A DNA stretch of 64,000 nucleotides from Cyanidioschyzon merolae (Eukaryota): NCBI GenBank assembly GCA_000091205.1, contig AP006500.2; one strand, given 5' to 3'. This document shows positions 41,430-52,442 of the stretch, piece after piece (the stretch's first letter is position 1; every line of letters begins with the position of its first letter). Made by a program: the position numbers and the translations under genes. Below the pieces are notes generated by a model. That model saw only the letters and a list, made by a program, of their open reading frames with translations. It did not search any database and was not told the origin of the DNA.

Positions 41430-43442
41430 ATGGAAAACTTCAAAACTCAGCGTCTCGGGGGTCAGGGTTCGCAACAGACCTCGGGAGAAACTGGCACTGC
41501 GACTACTGGCAGAAGGCGCACGGTGCGTCGCAAACGGGGCACTAGCGGTGCCACAGTGCGTCGGCCGGTGCGAGCGAAAGGAGCGCACGACGTGCAACAC
41601 CCAGCCGCTGCGTCGAGCTCGGAGAGCACTGCTCACAGGGATTCTTGGCATGGTCCGGAAGATGAGCATCCAAAGGGAGTGCTGGGCGCGACGCAGTCGA
41701 CCAAAAAAACCGTCGTGACTTACGAAACCAAGTTGGCGGCAAGCTTCGAAGAGCACCAGTCCCCGGCGCGTGTGCCTGTCGGACCGGCACAAACGCCCAC
41801 GAACGAGGCGGGAAGCGCGAGCGGAACCATGCCATTGTCACCACAGCAAACTACGGTGACACTGGGCACACCCAAGGGAGATCCCATGGCTCGGGCGCTG
41901 GCGCGCTGCAAGTCACCGGAGCGTCGTGGCCCCAGAACACCGCGGACTATCGAGCCAGCTCTGTCTGGCGAGCGCATAGGCGAGAATGCCCGGGCGGAGC
42001 AGGTGCCCAAGGCTCCGCACCGCGACGCCTTTTACGAAAAGGGAGCTGCATCTGTTGCGCATGAGCATTCAGAGACATCCGTTCCGGCAGAGGCGCCGAG
42101 CACAACTGATCTAAGTACCCAATCCACTATCAGCGTCGTCTCTCAAGCGGAAGGACCCAAAAAGCGCGTCCGAAAAAAGCAGAGACATGGACAAGAGCCG
42201 AAGAATGGTAGGATGTCTGCGAGCCGCCAAAAGCATGCGCATGCCAGTACGGATGGTGGTGCGCCTGAAGCTGCCACAAGTTCGCTTCTGTCGCGAACAG
42301 CGCTTACGGTGAGTCCTTCCCGCGGGAAAACTGAGCATGCTGCAGAAAGCATCAAGAAAGAGACAGCAATTAGGGGTGCAACAGCGAGCAAGGTCCAGGA
42401 GGATAATCGGCGATCGGCCTTTGCGAGCAGCGACAAAGTGGGGCAAGAAGAAAAGGATTCAGCGGAAAGGCGTCCAACTCGCCTCGGGCACGTGTCGAAG
42501 AAGAGCGTAGCCACGGGCGCGAATGCGCCTATTGCAGACACCAAATCGGTATCGCCACCACTGCACCAACTGAGTGCTACAGACAAGGAGCGCTTCCATG
42601 CCCCGGAAACCGGGTTTGCGTCTACGACTAGCAGGCGCGAGTCGCAGACTGCATCAGAGTTGCAAAAGCACCAAATGTCTATGAAAGATGCGCATGCAAG
42701 CAGCGAGCGCAACGAACCGTCACGGAAGAAGCGGGCCGCTGCGCTGTTACAACCCGCTGCGCTCGAGACAGACGCGCAATCGGGTACAAAGCACAGTAGC
42801 CCCTATCGAACAGCGGCATCAGCGCCGACGATAGAAACTAGACAGAAAACGAAGCGCCCTGTAGACTCGAAACCAGCGCTGGAACCTGCAATGCCGCTGA
42901 AGAGACCAGCCTCTGAACCAGCTGGTGTCGACACGGACCCCAGACACCATCGCTCAGCAGAGGCGACTGTAGCGCAGCTGCCAGCCGAGCGTCGTGGTAC
43001 GAGGCGCGTCCCAGCGAAGCGAGATGCCACCACCGAAGCCCAGCCTGCACCCCCGTCTCTGGATCACGATGCAGCTGAGCGCCTTGGTGACATACGTTTC
43101 AACGATCAGTGGAATTTATTTTTCGATCATGACAAGGGGCGATTTTATCCGGTCCATTTCGCCATTCATCCGAACGCGGCTGACGCTGCAGCCATGCACG
43201 CTGAAATTGAAAACAACGCCACTTTACAGCAAGAGCTCCGTGAGCTCGTTTTCACTATCTGTCGCCTGCCGGTTTTGCCGCCACGATGTATTTTGACCCC
43301 CTCCATGCTTGTTGAAATTGTCTTGGAGGACAGAGCCGATCTGCGCGGCTTGCTTGCTGGCAAATATGCGCTCTGGCGCGGCGATGTACCCGTATTGCCG
43401 GACAAGTTCTGGTACACATTTCTTATTCAAAAACTGCTCTGA
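41430..43442 (+). CDS. Hypothetical low-complexity basic/Ser-Ala-rich protein with a structured C-terminal ~130 aa. Start is the first ATG; the ORF track starts at GTG 41367.
   Basis: Long ORF in frame with the local GC3 bias. The C-terminal segment (WNLFFDHDKGRFYPVHF...WYTFLIQKLL) looks globular. No family recognised. Confidence 0.45.
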   Translation: MENFKTQRLGGQGSQQTSGETGTATTGRRRTVRRKRGTSGATVRRPVRAKGAHDVQHPAAASSSESTAHRDSWHGPEDEHPKGVLGATQSTKKTVVTYETKLAASFEEHQSPARVPVGPAQTPTNEAGSASGTMPLSPQQTTVTLGTPKGDPMARALARCKSPERRGPRTPRTIEPALSGERIGENARAEQVPKAPHRDAFYEKGAASVAHEHSETSVPAEAPSTTDLSTQSTISVVSQAEGPKKRVRKKQRHGQEPKNGRMSASRQKHAHASTDGGAPEAATSSLLSRTALTVSPSRGKTEHAAESIKKETAIRGATASKVQEDNRRSAFASSDKVGQEEKDSAERRPTRLGHVSKKSVATGANAPIADTKSVSPPLHQLSATDKERFHAPETGFASTTSRRESQTASELQKHQMSMKDAHASSERNEPSRKKRAAALLQPAALETDAQSGTKHSSPYRTAASAPTIETRQKTKRPVDSKPALEPAMPLKRPASEPAGVDTDPRHHRSAEATVAQLPAERRGTRRVPAKRDATTEAQPAPPSLDHDAAERLGDIRFNDQWNLFFDHDKGRFYPVHFAIHPNAADAAAMHAEIENNATLQQELRELVFTICRLPVLPPRCILTPSMLVEIVLEDRADLRGLLAGKYALWRGDVPVLPDKFWYTFLIQKLL

Positions 43443-43821
43443 GCTGACGTGCACGTTGATGTTGTCGTACTTGCACCGCCACTGCTGGTCTCTGGTGATG
43501 CATTCCGCATCGACTATACGTGAGGATACAGACGACGACGTGGACACGCATGGAGTGCATTTTTCTCCCGTCAGCGCCTCCCAGAGGCAAGACTGTTCCG
43601 AACTCGCCGTCGTTGCCTGCGCTTGGAGTGCAGCGAGCTCCAGCCGCTGCGTGCTCAGGCTCTGAGACGTTCCGCACTGTGAATCGATTGCATACGGTAC
43701 GCAGACCGACCACTGCAGCTGAGTACGGACGCGATGTTCGGGAACGCGGAAGCATTCGCAGCGATCCCCACGATGCTAGAGCGACCGGTTGCGTCCGTGC
43801 TCGGGATGTTGTCGTCTCGGC

Positions 43822-44403
43822 TCATGTATTGTCGGGCGCAGGTGGTACCGACTTGGAGTCCCCGATGGGTAACTGCTCCTTTCGGAAGCTGCACGGCAGG
43901 AGCGCCTCTAGCGACGACACGAGGTATCGACACCGCTGGGCACCGCTCGCTGAGGCGTCAGCAACGTCTTCCCAGGTATTCGTGTGCAAGCTAACGAGAA
44001 CAAGTTCAGCTTCGGGAGCTGCATGCTCAGCGAGCACCTGTCGACACGCTCCGCACGGATAACAGACCCCGACGCTGTCTCCCTGAACGCCACGAACCCT
44101 GGGCGCACACACCGCAACACAAACAATACGAACTTGGTCTGTTCGCCCTCGCGCTGTCCAGCTGGACGTGCAGCTCGCATAGAGGTTGCCAACTGCAACC
44201 CTCTCCGCACACATACTTAAACCATAGGATGCGTTTTCGACGTTGCAACCGCTGGCGACGACACCGTCGCTTGTAGCAACGGCAGCACCCACGGGAAACT
44301 TGCTGTAAGGAGCATACGCTCGAGAAGCAGCCTCCAACGCAGTTTGCACGGTTACCTGCTGCAGCTCCGTGAGCTGATCGAAGCGGAGCAGTCCAGAACC
44401 CAT
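43822..44403 (-). CDS. CDA: Cytidine deaminase (homotetrameric CDA type). Start is the first ATG; the ORF track starts at TTG 44412.
   Basis: AYAPYSKFPVGAAV...SGCNVENASYGLSMCAERVAV...PCGACRQVL gives the zinc ligands C-[AE]-E and PCxxC. A ~40-aa insertion sits between the motifs. Confidence 0.85.
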   Translation of the reverse strand: MGSGLLRFDQLTELQQVTVQTALEAASRAYAPYSKFPVGAAVATSDGVVASGCNVENASYGLSMCAERVAVGNLYASCTSSWTARGRTDQVRIVCVAVCAPRVRGVQGDSVGVCYPCGACRQVLAEHAAPEAELVLVSLHTNTWEDVADASASGAQRCRYLVSSLEALLPCSFRKEQLPIGDSKSVPPAPDNT

Positions 44404-44879
44404 CGCATGCAAAAGCGCTCTCTTCTGAATCTGTTTGCTCCGTGAAACGAACCCACTTCCTCCAGGAGCGCGAGTGCAGCCCGTTTTACCGGACGCCGAG
44501 GTACGTGGTCCTCCACCGATACGTAGGTGTTCCGCCAGCCCTTGGTCTGTGGTGCCGACACCGCCCTATCGGCCCACGGAGAACAGGTGCTTCATGTATT
44601 CACTGGAACATGTTCGAGTTCCACGTCGCAGTCGTCGCGTGCACGGCCTCGGCAGTGCTGCTGCTGCTGCTGACGACATGTAGCGATGATGTTTCTATCA
44701 CCAGAACGTTTTGACGGATTCCGAATTGCCAAGGACACGACGGATATCGGCGACCGGGAACGCGTTAACCAGTTCGTAGGATACTTTTCGGTCCCGCGTG
44801 CAGCAGTCGTAGAAGGTAAGCGTGGAGCCCTGAGTTGCTTGCTCTGTTCCTGTCTTTCGATTCTTTCCGAATTTGGTTT

Positions 44880-45700
44880 AGAGATACGGGTTCGATAGTC
44901 ACAGCGCAGCAATTAGGGCTTACGGATTCATCTAGACTCTGCGGATTCTCTGTCGGGTTTCCAGAGGGGCTTTTCCGACGCTTTGCCACTGGCGTTCTTG
45001 ACTTTACTAGAGTCGAGATGATTCGTGGCAATTGCGAACACGGGTTCGTATCGTAAAAGGTACCAATGTCCGATGCATGCGTACAAGCCTGGACTCTTCG
45101 CAGTACCGTACGTGTCGCGTGTTCAAAGCATGCATTCGTCGAGTATTCGATGTTTGCGTTGCAAGGGAACTCGTGGGTACTGCAACACGCGCCCCCAGAT
45201 GTCCAACGTAAAGACTCGACATCGTCCATTGACGAATTGATCACAAGCTCGTTCCAGAAACTGCAAGAACTTGTCAAATGAACGATTTCACTCGAAAGAA
45301 AAAATTTTCTTCTCTTTAATGTCATCAATGATGCGGCATTTTTTGCTGCAATTGGGTAATTTGTACGGGATGAGTCGCTGGATTTTCCCGTCTCTTCTGT
45401 TTGCATGGAAAATTGTCAAGAATTTGGAATTCATCCACCACAACAAGCGCATCTTGGAGAGCGTGCGTCAGCGCTTCGCACGAAAGGAGCGTGGAAACAT
45501 CGATATTTCTCGATTCGATCCCCAGCCTGGATCTCGTTTCCGATACTCGTTTCATCACGTACAACACCGCGCTCTGGGAATCCTTGATCACGTGAAACAA
45601 CCTGCGCTCGCAAGTGATGCGGACAGCCTACCCGCCCTGGAGATCGCCTCTCACAAGGCCGTGATCCTTCGGTACGGCACCGCGCACAGCAACGGAAGAG
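44880..45700 (+). repeat. Element A: a diverged (~65-70%) paralogue of 58450-59250, lying on an AT-rich island.
   Basis: Collinear shared blocks include gacgaattgatcacaagctcgt, tcgagatgattcgtggc/tcgaaatgaatcgcggc, ttgcatggaaa and cgcttcgcacgaaaggagcgtggaaacatcgatatt. Confidence 0.65.
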
Positions 45701-46361
45701 TGCGTCGAAGAGCACCCTCTGTAGCTGTCAAACACCTGCGCAACGCGATGAGGCGAACCTTCACGTACCACCGGGCGGTGCTCTGACGAAGAGGTATCCT
45801 AGCCATATGGGAACACCTGACCACTGTCAAGTGTCATCGATGCGAACATATACTGAGGCTGCATACAAACGAGATGAACTTAGAAGGCGACGTGTACATG
45901 ACGACTTTCATCCGTTCATCAGGTGCGTCATTAATAGCCAGCAGCGGCGTCATCGGGACTCGAATGCTGTCATCAACACGTTTCGACTTCGGACAGCAGC
46001 GCTGAACGGAAAGGAGTCAACTGCGAATATATATCGCTGAGGATAAGAGCAAGCAAATTTAAGCAGTCACAGAAAAAGCCTACAAAAACTTGTACATATG
46101 GCAGTAAGAAGAGACCCAAACGTTTGAGTGTACACCAGAGTTAGGAATCTCCTTCCGTTGTACGCGGAGCAGGGGATCTGTGCCCGCTTCGTGCAGCCGG
46201 CGATCCGACGACGCCCGTGGAGCGCCCCGCCGTCGCGCCCGCGCGTCGATCGCACGCGACAAGGCGCTGCGCTGGGGCGGCACCTGCGCTCAGCGACACC
46301 CGAATTCCAAGACTCGGAAATACTTCTGCTACTGCAACTGTTACTGCATCAGCGAGGTGCT

Positions 46362-47366
46362 ATGGGAGCTATGGAACGCACGCCGGGTGCATTCATCACA
46401 ACTTGGAGCAGCCGATTGAACGTCTCGGTTAGGAGCTTCCGAGGCGCACCAGCGGCGAATACACTCGATGTTCGCCGCGGCAACAGCGAGCGAGAGCGCT
46501 TCATTCTTGCGCAGCCGCCACTACGTCCAGCAAGACGTGTGCAACCTATCCGGGACTGGCGTGACCAACGCCCAGCAACCGTTAAAGAACAGCGCTCGCG
46601 GGCGCTCAGCACTGTCGCATCGCTTAGCGTCGGAGACGTCACACTTGAACACGTTGGCGCTGAAGGCACGACTTCCTATCGCGTTTATCTGCGAGTGGCA
46701 CGCGGCGACCGTCTTGAGCGCATCTCGCCGTGGCATGACCTGCCGCTATTCCCACGTGGCAACGCAGAAACGCTTCTTTTCGTAAATGAAATTCCGAAAG
46801 GCACCCGTGCTAAGATGGAAATCGCAAAAGATGAACCACAGAACCCAATTAAACAGGACACGAAAAAAGGCGCTCTGCGTTTCTACGAATACGGACCTTC
46901 GCTGATCAACTACGGTGCGCTACCGCAAACCTGGGAGGATCCTGCTGTCGTGCACACCGAGAGCGGATGCAGTGGCGACAATGACCCGCTGGATGTTATC
47001 GAGATTGGATCACAGGCCATGCCGACTGGGGCGGTGTACGAAGTGAAGCCTTTAGGGATGCTCGGCTTGATCGATAGCGGCGAATTAGACTGGAAGTTGA
47101 TCGCTATCCGTACGGAAGATCCGAAAGCCGCTCTCATTCAAGGTCTCTCCGATATGGAAGAGCACTTTCCTAACCTTCTTCACCAAGTTCGTGAGTGGTT
47201 CCGCCTCTACAAAACCGCAGAGGGTAAGGGCGAGAATACCTACGCGTACAATGGGAAGGCCCTAGACGTGTCGTTTGCGCTGCAGATCGTACGCGAGGCC
47301 CACGAGAACTGGCGCAAGCTGAAGAGTGGTGAACGCGCAAATACTGAGCAGCTCGCCCTGTCATAA
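46362..47366 (+). CDS. ppa: Soluble inorganic pyrophosphatase (family I) with an ~90-aa N-terminal presequence. Start is the first ATG; the ORF track starts at GTG 46128.
   Basis: LLFVNEIPKGTRAKMEI...KKGALRFY...NYGALPQTWEDP...DNDPLDVIEIG matches the family I PPase active site. Confidence 0.9.
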   Translation: MGAMERTPGAFITTWSSRLNVSVRSFRGAPAANTLDVRRGNSERERFILAQPPLRPARRVQPIRDWRDQRPATVKEQRSRALSTVASLSVGDVTLEHVGAEGTTSYRVYLRVARGDRLERISPWHDLPLFPRGNAETLLFVNEIPKGTRAKMEIAKDEPQNPIKQDTKKGALRFYEYGPSLINYGALPQTWEDPAVVHTESGCSGDNDPLDVIEIGSQAMPTGAVYEVKPLGMLGLIDSGELDWKLIAIRTEDPKAALIQGLSDMEEHFPNLLHQVREWFRLYKTAEGKGENTYAYNGKALDVSFALQIVREAHENWRKLKSGERANTEQLALS

Positions 47367-47589
47367 ACGCAGAAATCGAGGCGGATGCGAGCAGGGCATG
47401 CAATGCTTTTCTTGGTTGACGGGGTTCTGAGTGGGTTTCCTCCGATCACTGGCGTTCGCGCACCTATGCCGCACAAAAGCAAGCATCTTTTCGCCAACGA
47501 TGCCACGGTGCATCCGGTGCTGTTACAGAACCCGGGTGCCGGTAGACACTGTAGCTGCCTTCTGTGGCAACCCCTGATTCACAAAATCG

Positions 47590-48624
47590 TCAACGGTTCA
47601 GTGAGACGCTGCTGTCGACGGCTTTGTTGCGATCATTACCATCATCATTACCGTCGTCGTCGTCGTCGTTGGCTCGTGCACCGGGCAGCGTGTCGGGTGC
47701 AAAGCCACCTTGCTTGAGACTATATACAATTTTCTCCCGCTTGATCTGCTCCCGCACATCCTTTGGCAAACAGAAAAGCCCCGTAAACGATATGCCATCC
47801 AAAGTGCGCAGCGCTGCCTCCCCGAGACGTTCCGTAATCAGCCGCTCCACTGCCTCGACAGCAGCATCTCCGTGTACAACCAGCGGTTTATCGCTGGCGA
47901 CTGCAAAACCCTGCGGACTCCCGTAGGAAGGAATGAACGCCTGGAACGGATACACCGAAGCGAAGACGGCTTGCAACGTCTTCACGATGCGCGGATGCAT
48001 TGGTGACTCGTTGAGGCTTGTCGGACCCGCCTGGGTGACGAAAACGCCATCATGGTGCAGTCGGCCTTTCACCGCTAGGAAAAATTCTCGTGTAAACAGC
48101 GCCAGACTAGGACCGTGCTCCAGTGGATCCGTCAGATCGCTCAAAATCACGTCGTACTGGTCAGTGCTTTTCTGCACAAATGCCCAGGCGTCGGTTGCGT
48201 GCACCTTCACCCGCGGGTCATGAAGCGAGCCGTGATGAATCACGCTCAAGTGCTTCTTACATGCCTGGATGACCTGATCATCAATATCGACGATATCGAT
48301 TCGTTGAATCGTATCCCATTTGAGTAGCTCACGCGCTGCACCGCCATCGCCGCCTCCGAGAATGAGTACGTTTTTCGGGGAACCGTGCAGTAGACACGGC
48401 ACGTGACACAGCGGCTCATGGTAGAGCGCCTCGTCACCCGATGTACACTGCAGTTTACCGTCGAGAAAAAGAGCTTTCCCGTAGGTACCAATATCCGCTA
48501 TGACGAGGTCCTGGTAAGCGGTGGACTCGACGACGTCTACGCGGCGCACGCCGTGCTGGTACACGTCAAACGGCGTGATATACTCGGAGAACCACAGGTC
48601 CGCCTTGACTTGTGCACCTGGCAT
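47590..48624 (-). CDS. speE: Spermidine synthase (SpeE, bacterial-type) with an acidic C-terminal tail. Start is the first ATG; the ORF track extends to GTG 48678.
   Basis: The N-terminus WFSEY...LDG is collinear with SpeE. VLILGGGDGGAAREL is present. The aminopropyltransferase motifs IDIVDID and DLTDP are present. The C-terminal DDDDDGNDDGND is encoded partly by (GTC)n. Confidence 0.85.
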   Translation of the reverse strand: MPGAQVKADLWFSEYITPFDVYQHGVRRVDVVESTAYQDLVIADIGTYGKALFLDGKLQCTSGDEALYHEPLCHVPCLLHGSPKNVLILGGGDGGAARELLKWDTIQRIDIVDIDDQVIQACKKHLSVIHHGSLHDPRVKVHATDAWAFVQKSTDQYDVILSDLTDPLEHGPSLALFTREFFLAVKGRLHHDGVFVTQAGPTSLNESPMHPRIVKTLQAVFASVYPFQAFIPSYGSPQGFAVASDKPLVVHGDAAVEAVERLITERLGEAALRTLDGISFTGLFCLPKDVREQIKREKIVYSLKQGGFAPDTLPGARANDDDDDGNDDGNDRNKAVDSSVSLNR

Positions 48625-49017
48625 TTTCCGGTGGCAAATGCGCTGCGCACCTGTAGGCTCCGCTCCAGAGCGTTGCACCTTCGAACGAATGCCGTTGCGA
48701 GCTCGCGCACTGCAGCAGGAACTGGGCCCACAGGTCGCAGATGCCGTTTCAGTCCCGCTCGCGTCAGAGTGTCAAGCCTAAATTTATCTTGATGCTCTCT
48801 ATGAAAAGCCAGATCTATACAGATAAGGCGTACCTGTGCCCTATCCTGGCGTACTACCCCCGTGTTGAACGCAGCAGAGGCGTGCACTCGTGTCGATGCC
48901 CGCGAGTGCCAGCGGCGGGCGCCGGCGTCGTCGACCCGCTCTCGCAGATCGTTTCGCTGCACTGCGGTGTGGCGACACAGCGTGCAACACACCATGAGAA
49001 CATCATTATGAACACGA

Positions 49018-49632
49018 ACTTGAACAACACTTGTCACGAATTGGTGTGTGTATGTGTTCAGGATGCCAAAGCATCGATCGCACTGATGTATGAACACGAA
49101 CTTGAACATCACTTGTTACGAATTGGTGTGTGTGTGTGTTCAGGATGCCAAAGCATCGGTATGAACACGAACTTGAACAACACTTGTTACGAATTGGTGT
49201 GTGTGTGTGTTCAGGATGCCAAAGCATCGATCGCACTGATGTATGAACACGAACTTGAACATCACTTGTTACGAATTGGTGTGTGTGTGTGTTCAGGATG
49301 CCAAAGCATCGATCGCACTGATGTATGAACACGAACTTGAACATCACTTGTCACGAATTGGTGTGTGTGTGTGTTCAGGATGCCAAAGCATCGATCGCAC
49401 TGATGTATGAACACGAACTTGAACATCACTTGTCACGAATTGGTGTGTGTGTGTGTTCAAGATGCCAAAGCATCGGTATGAACACGAACTTGAACAACAC
49501 TTGTTACGAATTGGTGCGTGTGTGTGTTCAGGATGCCAAAGCATCGGTATGAACACGAACTTGAACAACACTTGTTACGAATTGGTGTGTGTGTGTATGT
49601 GTTCAGGATGCCAAAGCATCGATCGCACCGAT
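49018..49632. repeat. 70/82-bp minisatellite, ~8 copies, with a (GT)n core.
   Basis: The unit atgaacacgaacttgaacaacacttgttacgaattggtgtgtgtgtgtgttcaggatgccaaagcatcg occurs with or without atcgcactgatgt. The ORF-track 'peptides' here are repeat artefacts. Confidence 0.88.
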
Positions 49633-50704
49633 TACGAGGCGAAAATGATTTCAGGGCAAAGTCGCATCTTTTCGAGGTAACCCCGTATGCTGGATGCCCC
49701 ATTGTGCGACTGCACCTGTTCACAGCTCTATCGATCGTTCTCGTCTAGGCCTGTGCTGCTCCCGGCAGAGCAGCTGCTTCGCATGCCGCCATTTCGGGAC
49801 CTACAGCATACACCCAGCGAGCGATGGCTCTTCTGGGTGCAACACCTCCGAACGACGCTTGTAACGTTGGGATCGTGTATGCGCAGAATGCATCCCAGAT
49901 GCATAGATCGTGTTCGCCTTGTGTGGACCATTCGTCAAGCGCAGCGTCGTGTAGCCACACCACACCCCGATCAGGCGAGTGCGCATACCACCAAACCTCC
50001 GCAGCGCAACGCTGTGCGCACCAGAGACGTACACCGGGGAGACGAACGCGCGCCCTGCACTGTTGCAGCGACCCTAGTGCGCGGATATGGGGCTTTGCTC
50101 GGGCTCGCGCATCGACCGGAGCGCCCCGATGTGTCTGGATCATGCCCTTGACCAGGCACTAGACTGGGTCCTAGAGCAGGTACGCATTCTTTGTTTACAG
50201 GGGCCGACTCAAGTTACCCGCGGATGCGCGTGTCCAGACTGCAGCTGGCACTCTGAGGCTGCCCCAGTTCCACGGCAGACGTATCAAGTCCCAATGACAT
50301 GAGAGAAAAACGGGCGCACGCAGTGAACACCACCGAGATCGGTATCGCGGATATCCGATCGCCAGGCCAACAGCGGCTCTCTCTCGCTCTAAAGCGGCGA
50401 CAGAACGGCCTTGGGATGCCTTCACGGACGTCGACGTCAGGAGAGACGCTCCGTTTCAGCGTCCACAGCGGAGCGCGGCTGCGAGGCGGTATGGCTTGCG
50501 CGCGCCGTCGCCGCAAGGACGTTACGAATTTGATTTCCCCTTGAACTTGTAGTTCACGAGTAAGCACGGTATTCTCAGTGTTACTCGAACTGCTCTTGAG
50601 CGTGTAGTTGACTAGGAGGGCGTGAACCCTGACACTCATATTATTTCCATTTCAACGTTTACTTGATTCGAACGACGGCATCCATATCGTCCAAAAAATG
50701 GCCT

Positions 50705-52407
50705 ATGCTTCCACGGTGGCTAAAGAGGCTGCAAATCAAATGGAGGAACAAAGTCGCAGGTCGACCAACATCAAAACTTGGAGCGACAGCCGGCTCCAAA
50801 TGTCAGGTACAGCAACCCATGGCGCCTGCCGGCTGCTGTGTGGCAGTTCCGAGCACACCACGGTCGACGACGACGCGTCTTTCCACTGACGACTACTCTG
50901 TTTCCGAAGCGTCCAGCCAGTTTAAACCTCAGCTCCTGGAAGACTGGGTCATAGACTTGAGTGCTGAGCCTTTGCGTCTTTCGGGAGCAGCCGAGCATCC
51001 CTGCGGTGGCCTGTTCGAGAAGGGCCTCCATCGGTCGCTCGCTGTGGACGCGCTCTGGCAGCAAGCTGTCGAGTCTGACCGAACGCCAGCCCGAACATGC
51101 GCCCAGTACGATGCAGTGCGTTACCTGCCGGTAGATGGCACCACAGACGTGTTGCTTCCGCAGACACATGCACGGGACTGGGCATACGCCCCGCCCGCCG
51201 ACGCCAAGCAGCCTCGGTCGGCGTTACTGGCTCGGCGTCGATGGACAGAGGGTAACCTCATTGTCGGCAGGAGGCTGCAGCCCCTGGTTGGTGTCCAGGG
51301 TTCTGGTTCCGACGGGCGCTATGTGTTTCTGGCACCCGCCGTGTCCACAGAAATGCAGCAGCAGCAGCAGCAGCAGCAGCGTCCGTCACCTGCTGATGGC
51401 AATGCCGCTGCTCATCACTTGGTCGGCTCAGAGCGGATCCCGACCGAGATCCTGTCCGAGGACCCATTAGATCTGGTAGAGATGCTGGCGCTCGCGCTAG
51501 ACCGGCAACAAGTGGAAGCGAACTGTGGCCAGCAAGCTGAGCGAAGCGTACATGAAACCGGATACGAGACGTCGGACACCAGGCATCAGCACAGGCAGGC
51601 ATCGCTCCACGCGAGCGAAGCATCGCCGCATTCTTCGGATGGTACGCTGCACGATGCTGAGGCTGGTGCCGCTGCTTGTGCCCCAGTCGGCGATGCTTTC
51701 CGCATGGATAACATATCTACAGCGTTTGTCGCTGATAACGAGCAGGAGCTGCCCGTTGAATCCAGCGAACTCACACGTGCACCGCTATCACGCCGAGCGC
51801 TTGTTCGCACCGTCCGAAGCGTTGCCGAGTATATCCACGCCGTGCTGCTCCGTTGGACTAGCGATGATCACGCAGACGGTGGCGGTGGTCTCAGCGCTGC
51901 ACCCCGCGAGCTCGATGAACTCACCACGGCAGGTATCGTGGAACTGCTCGAGATCCTGCTCTGGAACGAGGGCGTCATCATCCTGAACGATACAGACGGT
52001 CTCACTGCAGCGGTTTACGGAGCCTCCGCGTTGGCAGACTTGGCACTCTGTGCACCGTACGAAACGCTCGTAGGAAGCGCCTCCGTCCTCGAATGCCTCC
52101 GCCAGACGATTGCCGCTCAGGAACGGTACCGCTTTGGTCGGCCGCCTTCGCCATTATCGCAGCTGCTGCTACGTGAAGCTTGGCGATGCCTTCGAAATAT
52201 CACTGGAAATACACGAGTCGCTAATCGACTTGTCTTTTTAGCGCAAGATGCAGAAAGAAACAAGGAACCGTCGCTCATCGAACTCGCGCTGCTCCTGAGT
52301 GACAATGCGGCGATACCGGCTGCGATCGCCGTCGAGGCCTGGGCCTGTATACGCAACTGGTGCGCTGCTGCCGTGGAGCCCGTGGATCCCTCTCAACCGA
52401 GCAGTTC

Positions 52408-52442
<35 letters not shown>

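Noticed and set aside
48537-49347. Several 113-195 aa ORFs on both strands (48537..49112, 48741..49328, 49006..49347).
   Set aside because: Generated by in-frame tandem repetition of the 70/82-bp minisatellite. The 'peptides' are periodic (MYEHELEHHLLRIGVCVCSGCQSIG repeated).
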